A DNA stretch of 64,000 bases, from positions 9,638-73,637 of the IMG/VR virus record IMGVR_UViG_3300036670_000256, one strand, 5' to 3'. The DNA comes from a virus. Positions 11,701 to 21,404 of the stretch are shown here, piece by piece. How positions within the stretch are numbered: position 1 is the stretch's first letter; each line of letters begins with the position of its first letter. A model generated the notes under the pieces. The model was not told the origin of the DNA and did not search any database. It was given only the letters and a program-made list of their open reading frames with translations. The translations under genes were made by a program, and so were the position numbers.

Positions 11701-13268
11701 TGTGTCAAATATTCATTATAAACCAAATTTGACGTTCCTATGGAGCTATTTATTATGTTTTCTCCAGTCTGAGTGTTTTTTATTTTAATTGTAAAATTTT
11801 CAAAAACTTGAATTGAAGTATATAGCTTTCTTTTTAAGAAAAACATTTTTGCATTATTGGTAATGTCTATGTATCGATATTTCCAAGGTTTAGAATTTAT
11901 TAAACAATTATGTGTTTCGCCATTTACATCCCATCCATGCAAAGTAAAAGATTTATTTAAAGTACTTATTTCAGAAGGAATAGGTTTGTTTCTTAATCCT
12001 ACAGCTACTAGCTTATTGTAAACAGAAGATATATCTGAACAATATTGCCAAGTATTTTGTCTTTCTAAAATTTTACTTAAACTTAAATCAGAATCAAATT
12101 CACTTTCATTTCCAAAGTGTTTAAAATCTACAATTAAATTTGCTTTTTTTGTACCTAAACTTCTAATTGCAGTTGGAGAACCTAAAGCTTCATACTCAAT
12201 TGCAATACATTGAATTTCGCTAAAGTTTTTAAAGTTAACAACATTACATCTTATGCTAACTGATCTATCTGTAATTTCTGATATGTCACCTCCTGAATAA
12301 TTTAAACCATCAGTGTTTTCTAATATTTTTACGGTTTCTGAAAACGGACTAAATTCAGTTACTTGTCCATTGTCGGTAAATAATCTGTAAGCATAAAAAG
12401 TACTTCCGGCTTTTATTTGTCCATCATTATTTATTGATATAATTAATGGTTGAAGTAATACAGAAGACTGAAAATTACTTAGTTCTTCTGCGTTTCTGTT
12501 TAATAAATTTGTGTCTTTTAAATTAATTACTTTGAAAGAATTTAAATAATCTGTAAAATATATTTTTTTAAAAAAATTATTTTCAAAAATTCCATGTGCG
12601 CAAATTTTTCCATTTAGCGGCCAATTAAGTAAACCACTCCAAATTAATCTATCAGTAATGTTTCCTTGATTGTCTTTTTTTAAAGAGTAAATTAAATCAA
12701 TGTATACAGCGTTATTTTCAAACGATTGGTCTCCTTCTAACTGACAAACTTGAAAATTAGCATTACTTAAAACTTCTTCGTAATATTCTGATAAATCTAT
12801 TTCATCAGCCGGGTTTTCATCACACGAAAAAGGAATTTCAAATTCTAAAGGATTTTGTACTTGGCTATATATTGGCAACTCAAAAGTTGTAAATACTACA
12901 TTAGGTTCTAAATCAATTGTTATACTATTTGTTGTTTCAGAAACTGAAAAAGAATTAGCTACTAAATTATTTACAGTTTGATAAGTTACTGTTGTGTTTC
13001 CTATACTTCCAATTGGTAAATTTCCTTTTACAAAAATTATAAGCTCGTCTTCAAAAGCCCAATATCCTAAGTATTTTACAATAGAATTATTTACGTAAAC
13101 TTCTTTAGTTCCTTTTATGGATGAAAAAGAAATTGCTCCGTTGTGAGAGTAAAGTCTACCATTTTTAGAGTCTTGATAACTGTCTTTTGATTCTGCATGT
13201 TGGTCAAAATCTCCTTTTAAACCTTCGACAAAATGATGTAAATATTCGTAATTTTTATTATTTTCCAT
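8724..13268 (-). CDS. Tail stabilization / muzzle protein (crAss-like, P22 gp10-like)
   Basis: ~1514 aa; YFTDYLNSFKVIN and GFLKGEIYRLG motifs typical of crAss-like Tstab; ATG 13268 just downstream of a promoter. Confidence 0.75.
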   Translation of the reverse strand: MENNKNYEYLHHFVEGLKGDFDQHAESKDSYQDSKNGRLYSHNGAISFSSIKGTKEVYVNNSIVKYLGYWAFEDELIIFVKGNLPIGSIGNTTVTYQTVNNLVANSFSVSETTNSITIDLEPNVVFTTFELPIYSQVQNPLEFEIPFSCDENPADEIDLSEYYEEVLSNANFQVCQLEGDQSFENNAVYIDLIYSLKKDNQGNITDRLIWSGLLNWPLNGKICAHGIFENNFFKKIYFTDYLNSFKVINLKDTNLLNRNAEELSNFQSSVLLQPLIISINNDGQIKAGSTFYAYRLFTDNGQVTEFSPFSETVKILENTDGLNYSGGDISEITDRSVSIRCNVVNFKNFSEIQCIAIEYEALGSPTAIRSLGTKKANLIVDFKHFGNESEFDSDLSLSKILERQNTWQYCSDISSVYNKLVAVGLRNKPIPSEISTLNKSFTLHGWDVNGETHNCLINSKPWKYRYIDITNNAKMFFLKRKLYTSIQVFENFTIKIKNTQTGENIINSSIGTSNLVYNEYLTQVYNWLNNIQLTPLFQSYFPNLKIELIQNKLLFSPIDSTVNTDMDFYKFEYSTEQVTEAVEEDIQFVNLIVNGPLVYGAESLGFNQGNGIRVTYETELEEVLQKATAKFPTAEPILNIKAPSGKKGFLKGEIYRLGLQIFDKNGYQLFVIPLGDIMVPALNEPKKYINDAGNAIIINQTYANSRVIGDKLMAERTTLKVEVRLNCEVQKLISMYQLVYVEREEENKTILCQGISAPMERVNSFKHSENVQIPEPVANKWCLPYYGGPTYDKKGLERFDEDPNSIENVEWQNRVTTSRKLIYFDSPDIIYNKVSTTKLNNGSISRVGRLNTDHSRNSIRQSTGEVYPAFSRKIYKTEHAGVDNRKSYAINVSVFLERNGYLNDSIPIDHAQELNYGEIVSASKFNLSQEVSNNAMTMQKEAWFYSAFGRRSSKCGIENGARSEIFNTTNYSPGFKTVVIKCSENIFTNEFIGQIPITVNPEIVDPYNANLKTYDTHGLINIVMNNRENVYGGRTELSFSKNVYVPLGKTIPVLKKTNNTQVFKIYGDTYSSLYIRNKNQYNNDPVEGGFSVNNAENCIKNQEVGERKNGAWCYAVVLETAVESKWNHNESFYKNGKPFDWLQLWNEFLNEAYLQENTLRSYIPQPFKFRDDPNMGNIVAVSETKLNGDYVDKWSQFKVNNFYELERDKGVGYNLAKHLNDLYVMQEHQSSKLLINQNVMIPTSQGEISMQQGNGDGVTNHQIISDYGTSIRRSVIEMISGSKMSGFTFFDEKRIEWIKMNQPFFIERELHLKMRELFENDKIIDTEGYYDDEYKETNIRLRTEKEKSYTISFNEKLMIFNGFIDYNEDIYIVWNDGVYAPKLVSPILANKLHELNKGIYLNFFEEQKIMKILVTCSPNPEMLKIFKAWAANINISYPVKKITIKTSLGQVRVIDDLHHRYQIQEGKHNVPYKNRNDWDDLRGEWATMEFEIESKNDKKVDVFSFINFVRHSYQ

Positions 13269-13286
13269 AGTGTAAAACTTATTTCT

Positions 13287-13294
13287 CAAAGATA
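13287..13294 (-). promoter_or_regulatory. Bacteroidota sigma70 -7 element TATCTTTG
   Basis: Matches TAnnTTTG just upstream of the muzzle gene. Confidence 0.6.
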
Positions 13295-13321
13295 ATTATT
13301 AATAAAAAAAAAGACTAAACT

Positions 13322-13351
13322 AAAAAAGCGCACTATTTGTACGCTTTTTTT
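13322..13351. terminator. Intrinsic terminator, possibly bidirectional
   Basis: AAAAAAGCGCAC-TATTT-GTACGCTTTTTT. Confidence 0.7.
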
Positions 13352-14017
13352 TTATTTTGTTATGTAATATATTGTTATTCCTCCAGCTATAAAGTAAGCT
13401 AACTTGGATTGGTACCAGGGAACTTTTAACTGTACTTCATAAGAAAGTACTTCGTCGGTATTAATATATGGATTTGTAAAAGTAATATCTGAATGATACG
13501 TATTTTTACCTAGGATCCATTTTCGTTTAAACCCATCTACTCTTTTGATTTCTGTCCAAGTATTAAAAGGTTCTATTGTCAAACTATCTTGAGTAACAAC
13601 GTATCCGAATTCATACCATTTAGAAAAATAAGCTCCGTTTCTTTTAAATTCTAAAACGCCTTCTGGAGTAATATCTTCTTTAGTAATTGGTTTATCAAAA
13701 GCAACTGTAGTTTTGGGTATTGTAGTAGTTGTTTTGATTTTTTGAATAGCAGTTACTTTTGAAAATTTACTGGCCATTTCTTTAATTTCAGCATCTTTTT
13801 TTATGATCTGTTCTTTAAGAACTGACTTTTCTATTTTTGCAATTTGACTACTTGTTACTAATTGATTGTTTTTTAGCTTATAAGTAGTTATCTGTGATGT
13901 TAAAGCGTTTTGAGTTGCTTTGTTTTCTCTGTTGGATTTACATTTATGTAAACTTAATAAAAGGATTATTATAAGTAATCCAATAATAGCTCTCCAAAAT
14001 ATTTTTTTACTTATCAT
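13352..14017 (-). CDS. Putative spanin-like lysis protein
   Basis: N-terminal TM helix, coiled coil, hydrophobic C-terminus; directly downstream of the endolysin; ATG 14017 preferred. Confidence 0.5.
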   Translation of the reverse strand: MISKKIFWRAIIGLLIIILLLSLHKCKSNRENKATQNALTSQITTYKLKNNQLVTSSQIAKIEKSVLKEQIIKKDAEIKEMASKFSKVTAIQKIKTTTTIPKTTVAFDKPITKEDITPEGVLEFKRNGAYFSKWYEFGYVVTQDSLTIEPFNTWTEIKRVDGFKRKWILGKNTYHSDITFTNPYINTDEVLSYEVQLKVPWYQSKLAYFIAGGITIYYITK

Positions 14018-14018
14018 T

Positions 14019-14393
14019 TTACCAACGTGCTTTAGTTCCTCTGATATCATAATGAACAAATCCTTTATAGATACCAATTCCTCCTTGTTTCATTTTTCCT
14101 TCTGCAATTAAATTTTCAATTTCTTTTGCTAAATCTGAAGGTGTATAATTCCTTGCATTAATGTCTGCAGCTGAAGCTGTAAGATGTTGACTTAATTTTG
14201 CACCACCTACTTTTTTATTGTGAGAAATTGTTCTGTAACCACTTCCTGTAATCATTACTGATTCTTTAATGTGATCTCTAAGTATTTGCAAATTTTTTGC
14301 TACTTCTTTTACGTTTTTAATGTAAATTTCTGGAACAATAGTTCCATCATTACAATCAAATTCTTGTCTAGTAAAATTTTTAGTAAGTTTCAT
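14019..14393 (-). CDS. Endolysin, Peptidase M15 (zinc D-Ala-D-Ala peptidase-like)
   Basis: SGYR...HNKKVGGAKLSQH...AADI...GIGIY..FVHYD motifs. Confidence 0.9.
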   Translation of the reverse strand: MKLTKNFTRQEFDCNDGTIVPEIYIKNVKEVAKNLQILRDHIKESVMITGSGYRTISHNKKVGGAKLSQHLTASAADINARNYTPSDLAKEIENLIAEGKMKQGGIGIYKGFVHYDIRGTKARW

Positions 14394-14794
14394 TTTTGAA
14401 TTTTTGTTAGTTTATATTCGGTAAATAAATAAATAATTTCAAAAAACATAAAAAGTCTTATTACGTTTCCAAGATCCCATAAAGATTTTGATATTGGACT
14501 GTAGTTAATTTTTTTAGCATTTATAAAAAAATCAAAAACTTCATTAGATGATGCTAAAGCATAAATTGCAGAAACAATAATTACCGATTTTAATGGTAAA
14601 TACTTGTAAGTGTAAATAGAAAGCATCAGAGAAACAACAAAACAAACAGCGCTAATAGCGCTCATTATAGCAGAATTAGTATGCCTACTAATAAACCAAT
14701 AGGTTGTTATTAATAAAATTATAGAAATTACAGAAAGTGCTTTTTTCATTTTCATTTTATTTTCTAGGCTAATTTTAATTGTTTTCATTTTCAT
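14390..14794 (-). CDS. Multi-TM membrane protein, holin/antiholin candidate
   Basis: About 4 hydrophobic segments, adjacent to endolysin. Confidence 0.5.
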   Translation of the reverse strand: MKMKTIKISLENKMKMKKALSVISIILLITTYWFISRHTNSAIMSAISAVCFVVSLMLSIYTYKYLPLKSVIIVSAIYALASSNEVFDFFINAKKINYSPISKSLWDLGNVIRLFMFFEIIYLFTEYKLTKIQK

Positions 14795-15188
14795 CTTTAT
14801 TTTTATTTGTTGTTATATGATTATTAACTTTAGTTTTTATCACTTCCCACAAAAATACTGGTGCATTTTTGTATATAAGAACTAAAAGTATTTCGCTTAT
14901 CATTGCAGAAAGTATAACAAAAACAGACCTCCAGGTTATGTAATTAAAATTAGTCATACTTTCGAATGTCAAATAACCTGCAGTAAAGGAAAAAAAGAAT
15001 ATGAAAAAACTTCTTTTAATATCAATTTCTTGTTTTAAAACAACTTTTCTAATTCCTATTTGTGTCATTGTTCCTATTAAAATCCAAACAAAAAAAGCAA
15101 TAATTTTTACTACATTTTCTTTTGTAGTTAATTCGTCTAACGCTATTACTCCCGTTAAGACTAAAAGTATATATATTTTATTCATCAA
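14775..15188 (-). CDS. Holin candidate
   Basis: 3-4 TM segments, charged C-terminus, lysis module context. Confidence 0.55.
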   Translation of the reverse strand: MMNKIYILLVLTGVIALDELTTKENVVKIIAFFVWILIGTMTQIGIRKVVLKQEIDIKRSFFIFFFSFTAGYLTFESMTNFNYITWRSVFVILSAMISEILLVLIYKNAPVFLWEVIKTKVNNHITTNKNKDENENN

Positions 15189-15307
15189 TGTTTATATTAT
15201 TTTATGTGGCTTTTACATTATTGCAAATTATATTCTAATTTTTTTTTTCAAATTTATCAAAACAATATTGTTCAAAAAAATAATTTTTGACATTTCTATT
15301 TTAGCGG

Positions 15308-17167
15308 TTATGGTAATTTGATGTATTTTATGTCTACAATATCATAATATTGTAAATCAAATTCAATATACATGTTTTCAGTTAATACTAGCGAACTGAA
15401 TTGTGGCACATTTTGTAAGGCATTGTCGTGATAAAAAACCATTGTTCCGTTAATATATCGAAATTCATGTAAAACAGAAGTACTTATGTAGTTGACTAAA
15501 AAAGCCATAGTTACAGGTAATGCTCCGTTTACATAATACCTTCCTCCTGTTCCAGTACCATCTCTGAATATAGTAGTAAAAACTTTAGCTGCACTATCAC
15601 TAAAATTTCTTAAAGTAAAAGTATCAATTCCAGGATAAGTAGTAGTTTTTACGCCTAATGGACTTGTTTTTAATCTAAATCTTATACTAAAATTAGATGT
15701 GTAATCCACAGGAATATTATACTTGGCACCAATTCTTAAACCAAATGTTGTTAGTTTTATTTCACCATTATCAGATAAATTAGGCGTACCTCTTATAACA
15801 GTCCAATCAAGTTGTGTTGGAATATAAACAACACCTAAATTAATAGGTAAAATCCCACTAAAAACAACTGTTGTACCGTTACTTATAGTAATATCTACGT
15901 TTTCTTCTAATGGGCTTGTGGTAACAGATAAAATTAATTTACCTTGATTAACGAACTCAACCGAATTAATTACTTGATTTTTTATTGTTACCACTGTAGC
16001 TGGTGTAAAAAAAGAACCATTAATAGTTAATTGCGCTGTGTTACTTGGTAGCAAAGATGTTGGTACTAAATTTTGTAAACTTGGTTTTGGATAAACACTT
16101 AATGAATTTGAAATTTTCATAAAGTATAATCCATTTTTTATGAATTTAATTCTTATTTCGTTAACGTCTGAACCTTTGTAAGTTCCTACAATATTTAAAA
16201 GCCATGCCGCTGGAAAAGTTGGTATAAAATTACCTGTTATATACAAAACAATTTCTTGTGTGTTTTTTCCGGTTGCTGGTAAGTTTCTTTCTGTAAATGT
16301 TGTATTGCTAGTCAATACTAAATTATACGTGTCTTGTAACCAATCAATCTGGTAATTTCCCGATACAGTCGTGTCTACAAAATTTTCTAGCGCTGTATCT
16401 GGCAAACCAATATTACCTATCCACAAGCATTTTTCATTATTTGCTGAAAGATTTGGTATAATTGTATTTGCTAAAGAAGAATCAATTTGTCCATTAACCT
16501 TTATTTGACAAGAGTTTAATTGAAACAATTCTTTCTGTAAAAATACACTTGAATCAAAATTAGTTAAAATTGCACCCGTTGGTAATGATAAATTTGCATT
16601 AACAAAAAATCTATTTAAGAATGTTGTAGTAAGTCCTTTTTTAAATAAAGTTCCGGTACTTGCAAATCCAAATAGATTTGATGAAATAATTTTAAACCCA
16701 TTCCAAGCGCCTTCAAAGATTAAACCATCTTGTACTCCGTAAAAACCAATATCATCTGCTGTGCCTTGTCTATATCCATCAATTTTACCTAAAGAAACAT
16801 TACTTTGAAAGTTTACGCTTTTAAAACTTACTTCAAAATTATTAGTTTCATCTTTTAAGTTAAAAGTTTTAGATCCAATTCCTGTGTTAGAAATCTCAAG
16901 TCCAATTAGAGTTAAATTTCCAGAACCTCCAACTGGCGATTTAAATATAGTTGCATTGGCTTCTGTTGTTTTTATTTTTGTAATATTAAATCCTGCACCT
17001 ACAAGAGTAAGTCCTCCAGCTGGAACAATAATGTCTTTAATTTCTTCAGTAGTATCGATATAATATCTTCTATTGGAAACTAAAACTTTATTTTGAATAT
17101 CGCTAGCTGATTTTACGATAATATCTATAGTTTTAGAACTTGAACTTATTGAATTTTGTAGTGGCAT
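15308..17167 (-). CDS. Tail fibre/spike, receptor-binding protein candidate
   Basis: Beta-helix-like N-terminal region, IPT/TIG-like segment (PKPSLQNLVP...LTINGSFFTPATVV), beta-sandwich C-terminus. Confidence 0.6.
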   Translation of the reverse strand: MPLQNSISSSSKTIDIIVKSASDIQNKVLVSNRRYYIDTTEEIKDIIVPAGGLTLVGAGFNITKIKTTEANATIFKSPVGGSGNLTLIGLEISNTGIGSKTFNLKDETNNFEVSFKSVNFQSNVSLGKIDGYRQGTADDIGFYGVQDGLIFEGAWNGFKIISSNLFGFASTGTLFKKGLTTTFLNRFFVNANLSLPTGAILTNFDSSVFLQKELFQLNSCQIKVNGQIDSSLANTIIPNLSANNEKCLWIGNIGLPDTALENFVDTTVSGNYQIDWLQDTYNLVLTSNTTFTERNLPATGKNTQEIVLYITGNFIPTFPAAWLLNIVGTYKGSDVNEIRIKFIKNGLYFMKISNSLSVYPKPSLQNLVPTSLLPSNTAQLTINGSFFTPATVVTIKNQVINSVEFVNQGKLILSVTTSPLEENVDITISNGTTVVFSGILPINLGVVYIPTQLDWTVIRGTPNLSDNGEIKLTTFGLRIGAKYNIPVDYTSNFSIRFRLKTSPLGVKTTTYPGIDTFTLRNFSDSAAKVFTTIFRDGTGTGGRYYVNGALPVTMAFLVNYISTSVLHEFRYINGTMVFYHDNALQNVPQFSSLVLTENMYIEFDLQYYDIVDIKYIKLP

Positions 17168-17174
17168 ATTTTCT

Positions 17175-17798
17175 TTATCTTATAGTTGTTACTAAAAAAG
17201 TACCTGTTGTGCTTATTAATCTTATTGTATTTAAGATTGCTTCTGTTACTTCTACATTAAAATTTTGGCCTTCTGCTAAAACTATTAATGTACCTCCAAA
17301 ATTAAAAGTAAACGTTCCGGTTACTGACAATATAGAAATAGCATGTATTGTACCAGGATCAAATGTTAAAGGAAAACCAGTTGTTGTATTGTAATTAGAA
17401 ACAAAATTATAAGTTCTTCTTAACGCTAATAAAGCTTCGTTTTGGTCGGAAGTTAAACCTCCAACTGCTGCATTAGGAATTGTTTGAAAATTATTTACTC
17501 CATTTGATAAATACAAATGTACTTCTCCTGAATTTACATAAATTCTTCTTATGCTTGATGGATTGTTTTGTATTCTAGTTTTTTGAGAAAAATTAGATAT
17601 TAATGTAACATTAACTTCTAAAAATTCTGAATTACCATCATCATCATATATTGTAATAGAAGTATTTGATTTGTTTGGAACTACTGCCATAACAAGATGA
17701 ACAAAATCATTTGAAATTTCTTCGTCTTGTTTTAATACAACAAAGCCTTTGTGTAAAGCTTGTGCTTCTTTAAGTTCTTCTTGTGTTGTGATATTCAT
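17175..17798 (-). CDS. Tail-associated structural protein
   Basis: Beta-rich ORF in the tail cluster. Confidence 0.45.
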   Translation of the reverse strand: MNITTQEELKEAQALHKGFVVLKQDEEISNDFVHLVMAVVPNKSNTSITIYDDDGNSEFLEVNVTLISNFSQKTRIQNNPSSIRRIYVNSGEVHLYLSNGVNNFQTIPNAAVGGLTSDQNEALLALRRTYNFVSNYNTTTGFPLTFDPGTIHAISILSVTGTFTFNFGGTLIVLAEGQNFNVEVTEAILNTIRLISTTGTFLVTTIR

Positions 17799-17808
17799 TT
17801 TAATTTAA

Positions 17809-18765
17809 TTAAAAGTTAATGTTAATTACATATTCATTAGTTAAAGAAACCAATAAAGAATCTCCGTTTATTTCTTGAATTGTTATTGTTGCTGTTCCGT
17901 TTATAGGCAAATCAATGTTTTTAAAACTAGCTGTAAATTCTAGCTCTGCAATGCCTTTATTAGACAAAGGTATGTTGATTATCGTATCTCCATTTTGTTG
18001 TGTTTCTACAACTCCACCGTTATAAGATAATCTGACAATATTATTTGTATTAGTAGGAAAAGCACTGGCATTTAAATTTACATTCATTTTTACTTTTGCT
18101 ATTCCATTTACATGTCCTTCTTTTAATAAAATAGAACTTGATATACCATGAAAGCCATGTAAAGAAATGTCTGCACTAGATAATTCTCCAGTAAACAAAT
18201 GTTCTAAATAAGCTAAAGAATCTTTGTTTACAGTAACAAAATAAATTGTTGTTGAATAAGTTAATATGTTACCAACTTGGAAATATAATTTTTGATAAGG
18301 ATAACCTCCTCCGGCCAAAGCTTTAAAAATTAAACTTGGCAAATCATATTGCATTATAACCTGGTTTGGAAAAACAACAGTTCCAAAAAAATTAAATTCT
18401 CCTACATTGTTGGTGTAAGAAATTATTTTTATTCTATCAACAGCTGCGTTGTAATTTATTAGTTCTTCAAAGTTTTTTAATTCATCTGTAGACATCAAAA
18501 CAATTTCATTTGAACTTTCTGGATTTATTGTTTTGTCTGGAGGAAAATTTACAGTAATTAAACCGCTATTACTATTTATAGGACCGTTTGTTACATCGTA
18601 TTTTATCTGATCGTAAGGTTCACCTAAATGATTTGGATTTAATTTTTCAGTAGTTAAAACATCTGATTCGTCATACCAAATTCCAATAACGGCAAGAGCG
18701 CCATTTACTTTTGTAATCGCTCTTTGTCCAAGTTCTAAAATTCTAAAGTTTGTAAATACAGGCAT
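17809..18765 (-). CDS. Tail-associated protein with cadherin/Ig-like repeats
   Basis: RIKIISYTNNVGEFNFFGTVVFPNQVI...LIF pattern resembles cadherin-like repeats. Confidence 0.45.
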   Translation of the reverse strand: MPVFTNFRILELGQRAITKVNGALAVIGIWYDESDVLTTEKLNPNHLGEPYDQIKYDVTNGPINSNSGLITVNFPPDKTINPESSNEIVLMSTDELKNFEELINYNAAVDRIKIISYTNNVGEFNFFGTVVFPNQVIMQYDLPSLIFKALAGGGYPYQKLYFQVGNILTYSTTIYFVTVNKDSLAYLEHLFTGELSSADISLHGFHGISSSILLKEGHVNGIAKVKMNVNLNASAFPTNTNNIVRLSYNGGVVETQQNGDTIINIPLSNKGIAELEFTASFKNIDLPINGTATITIQEINGDSLLVSLTNEYVININF

Positions 18766-18777
18766 TTTTTATTTGAT

Positions 18778-19962
18778 TTATAGTGCGCCAAGGTATGGAG
18801 CTCTATTTGCTGTATCTGTGACAGCTATTGTAAATTCAATTTCATTACTCTGAATGCCTAAGAAATTAATTGCTCGATATCTAAACGTTGCTATATAATT
18901 TCCTCCAAGTCCGCTGTTATCAATTTTGTTTATCCACAATTTAAACGCACCACTTAACATTTGATTAAATGTAATTATTTTATTTGTTTGAAAAGCCATT
19001 GCATTTAAACCTAGTTCACCATTTTCCTGATTACTGAACTCACTATTAAACAATAATTGAGTAATAATAATTTCAGTCATTTGGTTTGAAGTTTGATTTA
19101 AAAGACCTTCAAGTAATGTTGCTTTTGTAAATATGTAAGTCGAAACAGCAGCGCTATTTGAAGAATCATAAGTAATTTCAATACGTTTTTTAGGTACGTA
19201 AAAAGAAGTGTTTGGAGCGTCAATACTAGTAAATCTAACTATGTACAAAATAACGTCTATATCTGTAAAAGAACCTTCTAGGTTTTGAAAATTAGTTAAG
19301 ATTAAACTATTTCCATTTTCTGCGTAAGAATAAGTATCAACTACATTGTTTTCAATAAGTTCTTTAGGACTTAGAGTTAACGGAAAGTTGGTGTTTCCAC
19401 CAGGCTTTAAAGGATAAGAAAATGTTTCTGAAATATATCTTTTTACATTAAAGTTGTGTTGTAATATTCCTCCGCTTGTTAGTATTTGTTGTTTTGTAAA
19501 AACAAATATTCTTTCTTGTATTGCTAAATTTGCATTTTGATCTATTAGCACTTGAGCGGTGTTGCCCGGAGGTCCAACTAAGCTTAAAAGCCATTGGTTT
19601 AAAGTTCCTGTGTAACCGTTTATTTGAGCTAGTTGAAATAGATTTAAAGGAACTCCACCAAACTCAATAAAATTAAAACTCAATCCTGAATAATTTGTAT
19701 TATCGTAAGTTGAACCAGTAGGATAAACAAAATTTGTAGGTAATAATTTTACTGTTCCAACAGGCAAAACATCTGTCCATTGATAATGTTTTTTTGTTTC
19801 ATGACAAAAAACCACCATGCCTCTATAATATCTGTAAGCATTTACATTTTGCTCTCCTAAATTTATTAGTTCTGCAATTGTATTTGCCATTGATTTTGCA
19901 TCTAAAGGTGCTTGTCCTTCTACCTGATAAGATTGTGCAACACTAGCGAAATTACTGTCCAT
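18778..19962 (-). CDS. Tail fibre/hub protein
   Basis: APLDAKS...YYRGMVV N-terminus and GYTGTLNQWLLSLVGPPG motif common in phage fibres; ATG 19962 overlaps the upstream stop. Confidence 0.55.
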   Translation of the reverse strand: MDSNFASVAQSYQVEGQAPLDAKSMANTIAELINLGEQNVNAYRYYRGMVVFCHETKKHYQWTDVLPVGTVKLLPTNFVYPTGSTYDNTNYSGLSFNFIEFGGVPLNLFQLAQINGYTGTLNQWLLSLVGPPGNTAQVLIDQNANLAIQERIFVFTKQQILTSGGILQHNFNVKRYISETFSYPLKPGGNTNFPLTLSPKELIENNVVDTYSYAENGNSLILTNFQNLEGSFTDIDVILYIVRFTSIDAPNTSFYVPKKRIEITYDSSNSAAVSTYIFTKATLLEGLLNQTSNQMTEIIITQLLFNSEFSNQENGELGLNAMAFQTNKIITFNQMLSGAFKLWINKIDNSGLGGNYIATFRYRAINFLGIQSNEIEFTIAVTDTANRAPYLGAL

Positions 19963-20953
19963 TATAATTGAATTTAAAAAAGATTGAACTTGTTGTTTTG
20001 TATTCCTTTGATACAAAAATAACTTTTCTTTTTGTAACATCGTAAAAGTAAAAAAGTGAACTATTCATTGACATATTTAAAAGATCAAATATTTCAATAG
20101 AATTTGGTCCAACATTTTCTATGCAAAAACCAATCTGACCAACGTATGGAAAAGAAAAAGTATATCCTCCAATTGCTTGTTGTAAAGTTATTTGTTCTTT
20201 TGTCGCCAAAAATGCATCTGTAATTTCAGAAACATCATCTATTTTCTCGTTAACATTAGGCATTTGCCAAAACCATAATTTATTTTCCATAGTTGTTTCG
20301 TCGCTTATTGAAGTTATACAATCACAAGATTTACAATAATCTTGTGCAAAAAATTTATCATATTCGGAAAGGTGTATACCGGCAAGTTGTCTCATTTTTA
20401 CTAAACTTTCCATACTAGGAAAGAAGTCAGAACCTGATGAATATCCGCAAAGATTTTCCCACTCTGTTTTGTATTCTCTACGTAATTGTTGTGAACCTTC
20501 TCCCATAAATACTTTTGGAGAATACAATTTAAAAACAATGTATGCAACTACAGCTGCAGCGTGATTGTATGTTGTTATTGGATTACCATCACCATCACAT
20601 TGTAAACCCCAATAAGTAAAAGTAATTTTTGTTCTTTCTACTTTGTCACACATAATAATATGTGAAATATTTTCAATATAATGACCTTGACAAATACCAT
20701 CATGGCAGCAACCAACTTTGTCTATCATTACAAAATCAGAAGGTTTTTTTATTTTTTTGCCATCAAAGTTTCCGTTACCTACATGAAAAACCATTTTTTT
20801 ATTTACAAAAAAACCAGCATACGGATTTATTTCTCTTTCGGCCTGAGCTATTAATAATCTAATAGTAGGATATTGATTTCTCAAATTTTCAATACCGGTT
20901 TCTTGTTTTACATCTTCAATTATTTGAGAGAAGCTATATAATCCTGAATTCAT
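19952..20953 (-). CDS. Tail ring/tubular protein with C-terminal extension
   Basis: Position after the IHF-like gene; helical N-terminus like crAss ring proteins. Confidence 0.5.
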   Translation of the reverse strand: MNSGLYSFSQIIEDVKQETGIENLRNQYPTIRLLIAQAEREINPYAGFFVNKKMVFHVGNGNFDGKKIKKPSDFVMIDKVGCCHDGICQGHYIENISHIIMCDKVERTKITFTYWGLQCDGDGNPITTYNHAAAVVAYIVFKLYSPKVFMGEGSQQLRREYKTEWENLCGYSSGSDFFPSMESLVKMRQLAGIHLSEYDKFFAQDYCKSCDCITSISDETTMENKLWFWQMPNVNEKIDDVSEITDAFLATKEQITLQQAIGGYTFSFPYVGQIGFCIENVGPNSIEIFDLLNMSMNSSLFYFYDVTKRKVIFVSKEYKTTSSIFFKFNYNGQ

Positions 20954-20957
20954 ATTT

Positions 20958-21404
20958 TTAGTTTTTAATAGTTATACTGCAATGCTGTTGGTGTACTAAA
21001 TTATTAACTGTAAGTAAATCGTCAACGTTTTTACTTTGTTTCCATTCGTTTTCTATTACAGGTAATCTGTTTGAAGAACCGGTTAGCTTTTTAATTTTCA
21101 TAGCATATTCAAATCTAAACGAAGGTCGATTATACCAAAATAAACCTATAGATTGAGAGGTTTTTATTAATTCGTTTTGAGTGTTTTTTTTCCAATTTTT
21201 TTTAATCCAATTTCCACATTTGTTTAATCGAATATTACCTCCAAATAAAAAGTACAAAGGTTTATTTAAAAAATAAACATCATAAAAATAAATGGTTAAG
21301 AATTTTAATAATATTTTCTTGTATAGACCAATGTTTATTTTATGATGTTTATTTTTTGAATATTCTTTATAAAAATATGATATTCTTATACTTTCTCTAT
21401 CCAT
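20958..21404 (-). CDS. IHF/HU-like basic protein of the crAss structural module
   Basis: Very basic; YKKILLKFL...LYFLFGGNIRLNK pattern; synteny. Confidence 0.5.
   Translation of the reverse strand: MDRESIRISYFYKEYSKNKHHKINIGLYKKILLKFLTIYFYDVYFLNKPLYFLFGGNIRLNKCGNWIKKNWKKNTQNELIKTSQSIGLFWYNRPSFRFEYAMKIKKLTGSSNRLPVIENEWKQSKNVDDLLTVNNLVHQQHCSITIKN

Noticed and set aside
19963-20040. Extended overlap or programmed frameshift between 19952..20953 and the next gene
   Set aside because: An ATG at 19962 with an A/T-rich leader explains it as ordinary translational coupling.
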